In this document: in pieces, positions 13,635 through 27,822 of the stretch | Layout: each line of letters begins with the position of its first letter | How positions within the stretch are numbered: position 1 is the stretch's first letter | Assembly (NCBI GenBank): GCA_951406725.2 | Contig: OX597816.1 | Coordinates: forward strand, 12,462,001-12,526,000 | Direction: 5' to 3' | DNA from: Octopus vulgaris | Taxonomy: Eukaryota | Length of the DNA: 64,000 nt | Position numbers and translations under genes: made by a program | Notes under the pieces: model-generated | The model's input: the letters and a program-made list of their open reading frames with translations, nothing else | Databases searched by the model: none | Told to the model about the DNA's origin: nothing

Positions 13635-14143
13635 CAGGGTGTCCCAGAATTAGCTATCTATTTCAGTGAAATCGGACAGAGTTTTTTAAATCACTTTTAT
13701 TTATGTTTATCTTGCTTAATATGTGTGAAAAGTGTATAAATTTTATATTTTGTTTATAATTAAAATTTTTTTTAAATAATTTTATTTTCATTTGTGTTGG
13801 ATCCCGCTTATCTGCCAGGACAACTTTTAACTCAATTTGGCTGCAATCATTTTTCAACTTCCATCTCCAGGGTAGGGCAAAACTTTAGCTGAACTTAAAG
13901 AAAGCATTCAGTTAGCAGCGCAGAAGATAACTCCATAAATGTTTCAAAATGTGTTTAGGGCCGATTTGAAGTTTGCAGGGATATAGACGGTGCAAGTGTT
14001 GAAAATTTCAATAAAGTTTTGTCATACGATTTATAATTTTATGATTTGGCTTCATAATTAGGTAATAAACATAAAATTCTATCATCTCCTTTTTAGAATT
14101 CACCCGATTTCATTGAAGTAGATTAGTTAATTCTGTAACGCCC
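13635..14143 (+). mobile_element. Tc1/mariner deletion derivative
   Basis: TA|CAGGGTGTCCCAGAATT TIR with a degenerate inverse at ~14105-14143; internal TLAELKESIQLAAQKITP...CRDIDGASVE resembles a transposase C-terminus. Confidence 0.7.
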
Positions 14144-14244
14144 ACCTCTCTCTCTCTCTTTTTCTCTCTCTCCTCTTTCTCTCTCTCTTTCTCTCTCCCC
14201 CCTCTCTCTCTCTCCCTCTCTCTCTCTCTATATATATATATACA

Positions 14245-14478
14245 CTTTATTTAAAAGCAGCAGAAATTCAACAAAACCTGTTGCTCGGAGTTTCACGTTC
14301 CCGTTCGTCGGACAGTTTTGTTAAAATTTTAACAAAACTGTCAGACGAACGGGAACGTGAAACTCCGAGTAACAGGTTTTGTTGAATTTCTGCTGCTTTT
14401 AAATAAAGCATATTACTCTACCCCTGGTATTTGAGTACTCTTTTTTCCATCTTGTTTCACATTTATGTGTTTATTCCG
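14245..14478. mobile_element. Penelope-like end (family E) with a 164-bp spacerless palindrome (14245-14408)
   Basis: Arms mirror around 14326/14327 with 2 mismatches; each arm contains a hammerhead-like motif; single-arm relative at 24698-24830. Confidence 0.85.
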
Positions 14479-14509
<31 letters not shown>

Positions 14510-14872
14510 CTTTTTTTACTTGTTTCAGTCATTTAACTGCGGCCATGCTGGAGCACCGCCTAGTCGAGCAAATCGACCCCGGGACTTATTCTTTGTAAGC
14601 CCAGTACTTATTCTATCGGTCTCTTTTGCCGAACGGCTAGTTGACAGGGACGTAAACACACCAGCATCGGTTGTCAAACAATGCTAGGGGGACAAACACA
14701 GACACACAAACTCATACATATATATATATATATACATATATACGACGGGCTTCTTTGAGTTTCCGTCTACCAAATCCACTCACAAGGCATTGCCCAAGAT
14801 GCCACGCAGTGGGACTGAACCCGGAACCATGTGGTTGGTTAGCAAGCTACTTACCACACAGCCACTCCTGCG

Positions 14873-14875
<3 letters not shown>
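14510..14875 (-). mobile_element. SINE family 1, near full length
   Basis: Homology to the 9158 copy; degraded relative at ~14965-15178. Confidence 0.9.
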
Positions 14876-14936
<61 letters not shown>

Positions 14937-15243
14937 TGAAGAGAGACAAAGAGAGACAAAGGGATTCCACATAGTTTCCGTCCACCAAATTCATTAACAA
15001 GGCAATGGTCGATCAGAATCTACAGTAGAAGTCACTTGCCGAAGGTGCTGCACAGTGGAACTAAACCGGAAAGCACGTGGATGAAAAACAAGATTCTTAA
15101 CCAGATAGTAATACATAAACTCAGTTCTTTCCTCGAAAGAAGTGAGTTAGCTACTTTCCACTCAGCCACTTCTGCGCCTATGTGTGTACGTGTGCGTGCA
15201 CACGCGTACATTTGCGTGTATATATATGTAAATGTACTTGTAC

Positions 15244-15291
<48 letters not shown>

Positions 15292-15442
15292 TTTACAGTT
15301 CCGTTAGAGGTAGGGGTCAACAAAAACGTACTGCATGCTACAAAAAATAAATATAATTTAATATAAACAACTGACAAAAGTGCTACTAATATTATTGTAT
15401 CTCTAAAACACGAATGTATTAGTAGCTCTTTTATAAACTATG

Positions 15443-15489
<47 letters not shown>

Positions 15490-15555
15490 ATACACATATA
15501 TAAATATATATATACATACATATACATATATAAATATTTATATACATACATATAC

Positions 15556-15595
<40 letters not shown>

Positions 15596-16194
15596 GTACA
15601 TGCATACATACATACATACATACATACATACATACATACATACATACATACATACATACATACATACATACATACATAAACAGACTGGTAGATATTCAGA
15701 GCAATCTTCGTGAAATATTTTATGATAAACAAATAGAAAAAAATGGAAACAGTTCCAGAATATTTAGTAATTGTTTCTCTTAGCAGCACCTCATAGGTTT
15801 CCTATCAAATATTTACCATCTTTTGGTTCCATTTGTAAACGTTCTTGAAATGCCAAAAATAAAAGCAAGCAAGAAGAGGCCTTAAAGTTTGCTTTCCTTT
15901 TTGTATATTTTGGAAATCTTACATCAATCTTCATATTTATGTATAAATTATGAAGTTTTCAAAGGAACTAAGAAAACATTTCTGTCAGAAGCTCAGAATA
16001 AATAGTATTATTAAAACTTGACAGACGTGTTAAATTAACCAATTTAGCTATTTGGTCTCTCATCTAGTTTACTCTATTTGTCATTTAGATTTTCATACGT
16101 CAAAATTTCTATGGCTTTCTACAACAGAAGTAATTCTAATAAATTTCTAGACGCTCAGGAACACAAGCAGTTTGAACTATATATTTCTTTACTT

Positions 16195-16520
16195 CACAGC
16201 ATTGAGAGGTCACAACTCAGGTACAACTGACATGTGATTAGAACATCGCAGGAAAATAAAACGAGACAGATTTTCCAGTCTGAACCAACAGGTAGGAGAC
16301 CTAGGCGTTGACCAAGAACGAGATAGATGGATGATATCCAAAGTCTCAGGGAGTCTCTACATGCCAAGCTGCTACAGGTTCGCATCGAGAAGTCATGTCT
16401 CCAGTTCTACGGATATGTGATTAGATGAACCTCTAGAAGGATTCTTCAGTTCGTATCAACTGCCAGAAGACCCAGGAGTAGAACAAGATCGAAATAGTTA
16501 GAAAATATGCATAGTCTAGT
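16195..16520 (+). pseudogene. RTE-clade LINE RT C-terminal remnant, two tandem degraded copies
   Basis: IERSQLRYN*HVIR...PTGRRPRR*PRTR*MDDI, compare IExxQLRWFGHVxR...GRRPRGRPRxRWxD. Confidence 0.72.
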
Positions 16521-16734
16521 AGAAATTCTTCTGGTCGACCGAACCGCTACTCCACCGAGTTGAGAGGTCATAGTCTGGTAGTAGAGACGGGACTAGAATG
16601 CAGCAGTAAAGAATCGCAAGACGGATTCTTCAAGTTGATCCAACCGCCAGGCGTAGACCAAGAACGAAATGATTTTATATTCTGTTCAAACAATACATTT
16701 CTCAATTATCGTTTCAAGATCTTCCCTATCTTAT

Positions 16735-16934
16735 TTCTTAATTGCCCAGAGGGGACAAACAAGGACAGACAAACGGATTAAGTCGATTATATCGACCCCA
16801 GTGCGTAACTGGTACTTATTTAATCGACCCCGAAAGGATGAAAGGCAAAGTCGACCTAGGCGGGATTTGAACTCAGGACGTAGCGGCAGACGAAATACCG
16901 CTAAGCATTTCGCCCGGCGTGCTAACGTTTCTGC
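16735..16934 (-). mobile_element. tRNA-derived SINE family 2
   Basis: Reverse complement of the 54748 and 59606 copies. Confidence 0.88.
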
Positions 16935-17432
16935 CTATCTTTTTGATGAGAGGAATGTAAAGGCCACTTTATATCGTAGATGCGTGGAGCACGACATCTC
17001 TTCATTTATTATCTGTGAAAAGTTTTCAGACTGTTTACATCAGGTTCCTTGCTGCAACTAGAAAACAGTATGGCACTTATGATTTATATTAGTTTTTTAC
17101 TATGGTGTACAGTGTTACCATTTTTCTATGGAAAGAATACTAAAGGCGTGGTTATGTGGTAAGATGTTAAGCTTCTCAAATACATGGCTCCGGGTTCATT
17201 CCCATTGTCGGATCAACTTGAATAATCCGTTTATATGTGTGTGTCCTTGTGGCTGTGTTTGTCCCCGCTTAACAACCAATGTTTAGCGGTTCTGCAAAAG
17301 AGAACGATAGAATAAATACCAGGCTTAAAAAACATAAATACTAGAGTCCCTTCGTTCGACTACAACTTCTTCAAGGCGGTGCCCCAGCATAGCCACAGTA
17401 TAGTGACTGAAGGCCGCTGTATAGTGACTCAA

Positions 17433-17848
17433 GGCAGCGAGCTGGCAGAAACGTTAGCACGCCGGGCGAAATGCGTAGCCGTATTTCGTCTGCCGCTACG
17501 TTCTGAGTTCAAATTCCGCTGAGGTCGACTTTGCTTTTCATCCTTTCGGGGTCGATTAAATAAGTACCATTTACACACTGGGGTCGATATAATCGACTTA
17601 ATCCATGTGTCTGTCCTTGTTCGTCCCTTCTGTGTTTAGCCCCTTGTGGGTAGTAAATAAATAGATATTTCGTCAGCCGTTACGTTCTGAGTTCAAATTC
17701 CGCCGAGGTCGATGTTGCCTTTCATCCTTTCGGGATCGATTAAATAAGTACCAGTTACGCACTGGGGTCGATGTAATCGACTTAATCCCTTTGTCTGTCC
17801 TTGTTTGTCCACTCTATGTTTAGCCCCTTGTGGGAAATAAAGAAATAA
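17433..17848 (+). mobile_element. SINE family 2 with a duplicated body, nested in a degraded family 1 copy (~17145-17875)
   Basis: Head GGCAGCGAGCTGGCAG; body repeated from ~17664; the family 1 tail resumes at ~17855. Confidence 0.88.
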
Positions 17849-19081
17849 GTATCGTGACTGAAACAAATAAAAGACATCTTATTGTCAACAACTGTGATTA
17901 ATGTAATGTAAAATCAGAAGGCATCAATTGTGATAGAACAGGAAGAACAGGATTTTCCCAAACGCTTCGTGAACGAGAAAACGTTCTTGTTGTAGAAAGT
18001 TGGAAATATAAAAAAAGTATCCATAATTCACTTACTGGAGTTGGTTGCGTTTTACTTCGCATACTGTATTGTAAATACATTCCAGATGGTATAGACTTGC
18101 AAACCCCGCATATTGGTGATTAACAGAAAAAGAAGTGGCGTAAATACGTAGGAGATACAAGATGGCGACATGAAATAGACTACTTGATTAAGTGTGCAAC
18201 TGACTGAGACAGAGATTTGTTCACTGATGGTCGTAACATCGAGGTCTTCTGCAGACTGACTGACTTCGGAATATTGGGGTTAGTAGCACGCGCTCTTAAC
18301 CACCACACCGTATTGAACTGCATAACTTTTTGTTAACAATCTAAAATTCTCAAATGGAAATGTTTAAGATGCTGGGAAGTTGCTGAATTTACCATAGAAG
18401 CAATTAACTGGGCGGTATTTGAAATCACGATAATCTGAATCAGTGCAATGGAAGTTTCATCATGCTTATGTGCAATGTGAGTCAAAGAAAACCTAAATGA
18501 AAATGTGTGTTACTTGAAGCTGAATTTGAAAGTATTTAGGGTAAGCACTTTGCGATTCCTTTAAATAATATCGGCTTATTGGGCGACTAGATGGCAGAAT
18601 CTTCCGTCTCCCTTCACGTTGTGAGTTCAATTTTCGCCGAGGTCTTCTTTGCCATTCATCCTTCCGAGGTCAATAAAATATCATTTGAGCACTGGTGTCG
18701 ATCTAATTACTTACCGTCTCCCCCGAATTTGCTAGCCTACTGTAAAATTTGAAACCAATATCAGCATATAATAGATGTGTTTTGTATGCCACTGTCATAG
18801 AAAAGCAGAATACGTCAAGCTTGCAGTTCGCGATGATTTTGTAGTTGCAATTTAGCCATTGCGGTTGGTGATTACTTGATGTCCGTCTTAGATTCGGTTT
18901 TGAGATATGTGAGATATGGAAAGTAATTGCATCCACTCAAATAGAGCCAAAATAATTATGTACTTCTAAATCTCCATCAGTTCACATCAAATTCTTATTC
19001 GGCATTTTGTTACGTGAAAGATTCAACGTTGCGTAAAACTGAACACCGATGAAGAGAATCATCACTTTCTCCTATATACAC

Positions 19082-19158
<77 letters not shown>

Positions 19159-19159
19159 C

Positions 19160-19243
<84 letters not shown>

Positions 19244-19341
19244 CCTATCTATCTATCTTATCTAAATTAAATATATATATGTATATGTATATATATATAT
19301 AATCTATATGTGTGTATATATATATATATATATAATCTATA

Positions 19342-19386
<45 letters not shown>

Positions 19387-19722
19387 AATATTTATGCAAT
19401 AGGTTTATATAAGTTTTATATATATGCCTCATAAATGGCAATTCTTGATACCGTACATTTTCATGTTGAAGAACCACTCAAGTGTGGACAATCATCGGGC
19501 AGAGATGAATGGAAGAATATAGCCCGGGCTCTTTACTACCGGTGGCCTGAAACTACCTACCATAAATAAATGCGCACACACACACAGTTTACTGTTCCGC
19601 CAAAGTAAGATCAACAAAAAAAAAAAGAACTCCATCCAGTGAGATAAATATCATTTAATGTATACAGTATAAAGATAAGAACATTTAATAGCCTCTTGCT
19701 GTGGCATATATGCGCCCGTTCA

Positions 19723-19764
<42 letters not shown>

Positions 19765-19766
19765 TA

Positions 19767-19841
<75 letters not shown>

Positions 19842-21109
19842 ATACATATATACATATTTGCATATGTATATATTATATGTAAGAGTGCATATGTGCGTGT
19901 GTGTGAGTGAAGAATGAAAGAGAAAAAGGGATGGAGAGGGAGAAAGCATCCTTCTATATGGAATTAAGATCCTGCGCTATGAAGAAGGAATGTCAACATC
20001 TCTTTGATTTTGAATATTCTACGCTTCTCATGCGAGCTGAAAACATCTCGTTGCGTGAGAATTAAGGGAAATATTTTTCCCTATCTCTTGCCGTTCAAAG
20101 AAAGTAGGCATGATTTGCTCTTGCTATTATGGAAAGCAATAGGCCATATCAGGTGTAATATTTTTGAAGACGTTTTTGCCTTAATAGAGGACAAAGACCT
20201 CTGAATTGCGTTAATGCTATTGGCAGAGACACGCGATATGAAAACTGAGGCGACGCCAAAGTTAATAGAAGACAGAGATGCAGGCACAGCGTTGTAGGAT
20301 CGCGTATCAGTTGTAGGATCGCGTATCAGTTGCAGCCGTTTGAACACACGAATGCAAACACACAAACACCGTAACATATTTCATTCCAAATTTTGCCACA
20401 ATGCTAGCAACATCGAAGTCGATTACATCGGTCTCAGAATTCAACTGGTAGTTATTTCATCGAATCCGAAATGATGTACGGCAAAGTAGACTCCTGTGGA
20501 ATTTGAACTCAGAGCGTATAGACGAGCAAAATGCCACTAAGTATTTTGCCTGGCGTGCTGTTGTTGTTAAGCAACAAGACGGGAAGGGTGATTAGGTGAT
20601 GGTCTAGGTCTTAGGGGCAGGAGACCCCAGACCTTGGGGAAAAAAAAAACTTTGGTCGTCTTGTTGCAGTCGAGGGCTCTTCGTTGATGCCCGACACCAC
20701 TGGGAGGTGGCATTCGAAGTCGCTGGAAATGGAGATCTCCAGGTCCAAATTCTTAGACGGCTGCCTGGCGTGCTAAAAATACCGACATCTCACCATCTTA
20801 ATGGTAAATTTAATATTGGGTTCAAATTTGGAACAAGGCCAGCAGTTTGGAAGAAGCGTATGTTGATTACATTGATCTCCAGTACACAACCGCTATTTAT
20901 TTTATCGAATTCTAAAGTGGTAAAAGACAAAATAGATATCGGCAAAATTTGAACTCAGAACATAGAGATAACCGAAACGCCGCAAAGCACTTTTGTTCGG
21001 CATGTTAACATTTCCACCATTTCGACGCCTTCGATTATCGTAACATTTAAATATATTAAATATATTTAAATAATTTCTATTTTTTCAACACAAAAATACC
21101 AATTAAACC

Positions 21110-21403
21110 CATAGGTTCTCAAAGTGGGCGTTGAGAGGATCCAGATGGGCGCTGATGCCAAAAGGAGGCAGTAGAGAAAAAGGAAGCGTTGGGAGGAAGG
21201 CAGTGGATTGGGGGAACGCTATGAATTTATTATAATATTATCATAGTATTGTATACAAATCATATTATTTAATATCACATGATTCATAGTATTTATAAAT
21301 TAGTAAAATATAAAGTATTTCTACATAAAAATAGGGGTGGGGTCGCTGAGAGTATTATGGGGTCATGAGTAGAGCGGTGGCCCCAAAAGTCTGAGAACCT
21401 CTG
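21110..21403. mobile_element. hAT-like MITE
   Basis: TIRs CA(T/G)AGGTTCTCA...TGAGAACCTCTG; degenerate 8-bp flanks ATTAAACC/ATTTAAAC. Confidence 0.6.
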
Positions 21404-21762
21404 ATTTAAACAATAATTGTATGTGAATATTTTCGTGACATTTTTAAAAAGTCCTCTTGGCAAATAAAGATTATTTTATCAACGTTATTGTCATCAGTGA
21501 TAATGAGGATTTCTTGTAATTATATTTCTTTGCTTTTTTTTCACCGATGCCCTAATTCCGGTTCATCAAATAAACAAAAGTGAGGAAATATTTTGTAATT
21601 TTATTTCTGTATTTTTAATCTTAATTTACATTTGTATCAATGCCTTTGTTTTGTTTTTTATATTATTCACAATGTTACTATTTTGTTTTATAATTATCAT
21701 TATGTTCTTTAATTACTTGAACAGCTTTAATTATATGGTTTCATTATAGTTTATGAATAAGG

Positions 21763-22150
21763 AGGCGAGGTGGCAAAATCGTTAGGCACGCCGGGCGAAA
21801 TGCGTAGCCGTATTTCGTCTGCCATTACGTTCTGAGTTCAAATTCCGCCGAGGTCGGCTTTGCCTTTCATCCTTTCGGGATCGATTAAATAAGTACCATT
21901 TACGCTCTGGGGTCGATGTAATCGACTTAATCAGTTTGCCTGTCCTTGTTTGTCCTCCCTGTGATTAGCTCCCTGTAGGTAGTAAAGAAATAGGTATTTC
22001 GTTTGTCATTACGTTCTGAGTTCAAAATTCCGCCGAGGTCGACTTGGCCTTCAATCCTTCCGGGGTCGATAAATTAAGTACCATTTACGCACTTTGTCTG
22101 TCCTTGTTTGTCCCCACTATGTTTAGCCCTTTCTGGACAATACAGAATAA
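21763..22150 (+). mobile_element. SINE family 2 with a duplicated body
   Basis: Second body begins at AAATAGGTATTTCG (~21990). Confidence 0.88.
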
Positions 22151-22360
22151 GAATCTTTGGAGCGCCGTACAAAATACTTTGTGCGATGTCGTTAGATTCA
22201 TAACGTTCTAATTTCGCCGGGGAATAACTTTTCCTTTCATCACTCCAAATGTTGTTGAAACAAAGTACCAGTAAAATACTGGGGTCGTTGTAATAGCCTT
22301 GCCATTCTTCTCGAAATGTTTTTTCGGATGACAGTGTATATTGTTTTAGCGACGACGTCG

Positions 22361-22415
<55 letters not shown>

Positions 22416-22420
22416 AGTGA

Positions 22421-22478
<58 letters not shown>

Positions 22479-22654
22479 GTATATATGTATATATATATAT
22501 ATGTATATATGTATTTATGTATATATGTATGTATGTATATATGTATGTATGTATGAATGTATGTATGTATGTATGTATGTATGTATGTATGTTTGTATGT
22601 ATGTATGTATGTTTGTATGTATGGATAGATGGATGGGTTGAAGCATGTATGTGG

Positions 22655-23275
22655 TCAGTTTTATTTCAAGATTTCTTGCCAATAAAGAGCCAGTTTCTAA
22701 CCTAGATCCAAGGCTTCTTCATTGGAATTTCAACATCAACAACGGGATATTTTTGTATGTATATATGTATGTATATGTGCAGTTTTGTATGTTTTGCTTT
22801 ATGTAGATATTCTCATGCATATAGTTTCATATCTAGACATGATCATATATATCTAAATGATAAATTTCTGGAAAGTTTTACAGATTTTTACAGTTCCAGT
22901 GATGGATTGGATCTGTAGTCTTCAAATCAGCTTTCTCCTTTCTGCTTTTGAGAAACTAATTTCTCAAGACTGGTATCTAGGCAGTGTGTTAATGTATGTA
23001 TGTATGTATGTATGTATGTATGTATGTATGTATGTATGTATGTATGTATGTATGTATGTATGTGCAGATTTCTCTGTTTTATGTATGTATTCTCATGCAT
23101 ATACTGGCATATCAAGACATGCTCATATATATTTAAATGATAAATTTCTGGAAAGTTTTTTACGGATTTTTACAGTTCAAGTGATGGATTGGATCTGTAG
23201 TCTTCGAATTAGCTTTCTCCATTCTGGTTTTGAGAAGCCTAATTTCTCAAGATTGGTATTTAGGCAGTGTGTTAC
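22655..23275 (-). mobile_element. Probable Penelope-like pseudo-LTR in (TATG)n with a ~200-bp direct repeat
   Basis: ~22795-22991 is repeated at ~23078-23274; atypical hammerhead-like CCAATGA...GAAACTGG at ~22685-22730; relative at 34405-34470. Confidence 0.55.
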
Positions 23276-23422
23276 ATATCCCAAGGCCTCAATAATTACA
23301 GGTATAAAGCTGAACTTGTAATTTGGATAGAGTAACTACAGATTTCTCAATAGTTCAGCATAGGTGTTCTCTTTTTTACTAGTCTTCAGTTTTATCCTAA
23401 TGTATGTATGTATGTGTATGTA

Positions 23423-23470
<48 letters not shown>

Positions 23471-24429
23471 CTTGTGTGTGTGAGAGTGTGTGTGTGTGCG
23501 TGCGCATGATCTCTTTCCTTTTTAATTTAGCGTAGATTTTGACCGGCAACGTACTTGGTTGCGATGTTGTGAAGGAAACCATCTTGTTTCGTTCTTCATC
23601 CTTAAAATTTTAAGGACTTGCAGATTGTTATTGTCCCGGATATCGCGATCATTTTTAGAATGTGTGGATGTGTGTGACTCTCCTTGTGAGTGTATGTGTG
23701 TAAGTGTGTGTTGTGTGTATGTGTGCTTGCCATTGTTCTTGCCAGAATACATTCGAAATGGGAAATACACATAAAACATAAAATAAAAAAAATGAATCTA
23801 AGATTTCGAGTTTTTCTTTCACGTTGAAAGCTTTCAGATATATCTTACATTTCTCGTCATTTTTTTCTTAAATTTACCATTCCCCACCTCCACTCATCTA
23901 CAGGTCCTTTCCTGTATTTGATAATCTTTTTAACAAAACCATATTTTATTCTACGATATTTTTTAACACATGCTGGTTGTTTCACAACTTCAAGATTATC
24001 TCTTGTCGTTGATGGTTTATCTGGAACCCATCTTTATTTTACCAGTTTTATCTGTATATACCATCTTCTGTTCGTCCATTTTTTTTTTAAATCTAAAGGC
24101 TATATCCTGTTTTTAATTGATTTTTCTTCCCTCCTGATTGTACTGAAATAGAACACACTTCAGCTGATATTACAATTGTATTTCTTTTCTTTTTTTATTA
24201 TTATTGCTTTAGGTTTCTTTCGTTGTGTATTTGATGGATTCCAAAAAACGTTATTGAATATTTATACCCCCTCAATATCGCGCATGTCATATATACGCAC
24301 AAACAGACACATGCATATATATATATATTAGTTCTCTGTAACGTAATGCAAAGTTCTAAACAACCACAGTGGTGAAACATGTGTAGGAACAAATAATATA
24401 AACTTATTTATCTTAATATCGGATATATA

Positions 24430-24502
<73 letters not shown>

Positions 24503-24640
24503 GTAGCAGAAAAGAGGAATTTCAATTATCCCCACGTGCTTGGTTGTAATGTATATAAGAAATTAAAAAAGGAAAATACGCACATATTAAAAAGTATATT
24601 AAAACCATGTAAGTGTGAGTATTTTCCTTTTTTAATTTCT

Positions 24641-24697
<57 letters not shown>

Positions 24698-24700
<3 letters not shown>

Positions 24701-24830
24701 CCGGTGTAAGCACATAAATGTGAAAGAAGGTGGAAAAAAAGAGTACTCAAATACCAGAGGTAGAGTAATATGCTTTATTTAAAAACAGCAGAAATGTAAC
24801 AAAAGCTATTACTCGGAGTTTCACGTTCCC
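24698..24830 (-). mobile_element. Family E end fragment between (TA)n tracts
   Basis: Homologous to 14350-14478; truncated in the hammerhead stem II loop. Confidence 0.8.
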
Positions 24831-25370
24831 ATTACTATATATATATATATATACATATATTAATGTTTATATGCCAACAGAATGTGGCATTCCTATAAAG
24901 GATGATGTTACTGTTGTTTTAGTCCCAGGAAAACATTTTTACTTCTGGCAATCGGCACACAGTTTGTGTCCGTATAGCATTTGCAACGGAGGTCATCGCT
25001 CACATCTCTAGCCTTACATGATACTCACAAGCCTAGGCTTGTTGACGTTATCCGTCCTCAGTGTGAGACAACTACAAGCTACAAGTGTGAGAAAACTCGC
25101 TCCACCTGCAAATACTATGTTTTTTTAAGTGACACACAGTCGCTGATCTCGTATAGAGAAAAGCAACTTGTTTTAAATCTCTGAGCGAGAGATATACAGT
25201 AACAGTACCGGAGAGTAATGTTTATATGCTAACAAAATGTGACAGTCCTATAGAGCACGAAGTTTCTCTTGTTTTAGCTCCAGGAAAGCATCTTTTCTGG
25301 CTGGCTTTCGACTCTCAGTTTGTGTCCGTATACCATTTGCAAGGGAGGTCATCGCAAATATATATATATA

Positions 25371-25995
25371 TATAAACAACTTATAAACAAGGGCAAAAGA
25401 AAAACATTCCAATGCCAAATGTGCCGAAAATAGACTTAAATCGTCAATAACTATATAATTCATCACTATAATCACGCATCTCGAAGCAAGCCGACAGAAA
25501 TTTCTAAAAAATTCCGTTATTATCGAATCGGTCCCGATTTCTGAGTTAATTCATTAAGAATTATCTCGTCGTCAGCGATAAATGCGATAAGAAATAAATG
25601 AGATACTTACTTGCACCCATGGAAGAAGTAATCTCTAAGTCATGTGTACACTTAAGTACCCCAAATATATCCAGAATAGAAATTCTTCAGCATACTTCGA
25701 GACACGTGTGATCGGACTGAAAATTCTCATAGAGTGAGAGAGACCGGAAGTATAGTATTAAATTTAGATCTAATATAGGATAAAATTTTCGAAAAAATTT
25801 TATCAATGCATATATATTAAAAAATACCTTTAAAGGTTAAATTTATAAACAACTTATAAACAAAAGCAAAAGAAAAAAAATCCAATGCCAAATATGCCGA
25901 AAATAGACTTAAATCGTCAATAACCATATAATTCATCACTATAAGCACGCGTCTCGAAGCAAGCCGACAGAAATTTCAAAAAAATTCCGTCATTA
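25371..25995 (-). mobile_element. Penelope-like pseudo-LTR: ~150-bp direct repeats flanking a hammerhead
   Basis: 25371-25522 is repeated at 25844-25995; the end abuts (TA)n. Confidence 0.75.
25520..25581 (-). ncRNA. Type I hammerhead ribozyme candidate, canonical core
   Basis: TTATCG-CTGACGA-c-GAGaTAATTC-ttaat-GAATTAaCTC-a-GAAA-TCGG-ga-CCGA-TT-CGATAA; all three stems can form. Confidence 0.8.
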
Positions 25996-26894
25996 CGCAC
26001 TCACACATGCAACACACACGCACGCACAGACACGGGCGTACACACGCATACGCACGCGCGCATACACATATAAATCTCCCAAACGTACTCACAATAATTC
26101 GGTCGGCCAAAGGCAATATAAAAAGACACTTGCCCAAGGTATCACGCAATGGGACTGAAACCAGGACCCTGTGGTCGGGGAGAAGACTACTCACCGTACA
26201 GCCACACATACGCCTACAAAACAAAAATTAAAAAATGAACAAAATATCAAGTTTGATTTTCAATCAGTCTACTAATAACAACATTTGTAAAGCTGATAAT
26301 TAAAAAATAAAACTTTTAGTAGATTATAAATCCTCCATTTTACGACCTGCTTAATTATATTTTAATTATTAACTACAGCCAAGAAAGCAACATAAAATTA
26401 ATGACCGGCCATGTCATTAATATATGTCTGTATTTGTATGTTTATCAGCGTCTACGTAGGAATATAAAAATTAATACAATCAGCTTTAAAATGGACACTT
26501 GATTACAGATCTAATAAATTCTTGATAATTCTGCAGGATTGTTTGTCAGCGTGATTTGTAGATCTGTTATAGACAGATCGAATTGTCAATATATGAATAA
26601 TCCATCCAAGTTCTAAATGGTGAAGTTTCCAATATATGGATATATTTACTATTTAATGATTAGCTTCAGCCAACGTGCGATATCGTCATGAAAAAAAGAA
26701 GAAAAAATAAACGAAAAAAGAAAAAGAAAGAAAATCTATAAAAAAAGTCTGTCTGGTCTAGTATTAGGGGTCCGCTGTGCTTTCAGCTGAACTTTTGGTG
26801 ACGTATGTCATACATACATACATGCATACATCTTTATCGGGATCATGAACATGATGGAAACCATCAGCTTCATCATTATCACGTTCGCCGTCGA

Positions 26895-26906
26895 CATCAT
26901 CATCAA

Positions 26907-26974
<68 letters not shown>

Positions 26975-27280
26975 ACATCAACATCATCATCATCATCACC
27001 ACCACCACCACCACCACCACCATCATCATCCAATCATCATCGTCGTCATCGTAATCGTCGTCGTCGTCGTCATCATCATCAACAGACCTGTTCATTATAC
27101 CCATCATCATCACCGCCGTCATCAACACCATCGTCAGCCTTATCTTCCTACCCTTCTTCATCCTTCGCCTCATCTCTTCACCATCCCCATCCTCCACCTC
27201 ATCATCATCATCTTCACCAACACCATCTCCTCCTAACTACCCACCATCACCACCACCACCAACAACATCATCATCGTTAT
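26895..27280. repeat. (CAT)n/(CAC)n/(CGT)n low-complexity tract
   Basis: Direct reading. Confidence 0.95.
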
Positions 27281-27560
27281 CCGTAGCAGCACCATTGGTG
27301 TAAAGTTTGCTTTGCCGAGACTTTTATATTTTATTGTCATGGCAGCATTATGTTTCCAATATTGACCATCACCAGTTAATCTGATTCTAGTCAATATCAC
27401 TTATGACACGTAACCATCACTGACAAACCTCCATCGCATCATTCAGTGACTTCTTTGGCTTATTCATTCAAAAATCGGATTTTCCGTTCTTAGCTGAATG
27501 GCGTTTCTTCACGCAAGGAACTGCAAATTCGGTGATACACAAAAAAAAGACAATGATCTG

Positions 27561-27618
<58 letters not shown>

Positions 27619-27655
27619 CATCTATCTATCTATCTCTCTATCTATCTATCTATCC

Positions 27656-27725
<70 letters not shown>

Positions 27726-27789
27726 TTATCTGTCTGTCTGTCTGTCTGTCTATGTATCTATAGAATGTATTTATGGAATACACACACAC

Positions 27790-27822
<33 letters not shown>

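Noticed and set aside
19970-20330. Possible host exon or LINE remnant
   Set aside because: Stops in the candidate frames and no recognisable motif or convincing splice pair.
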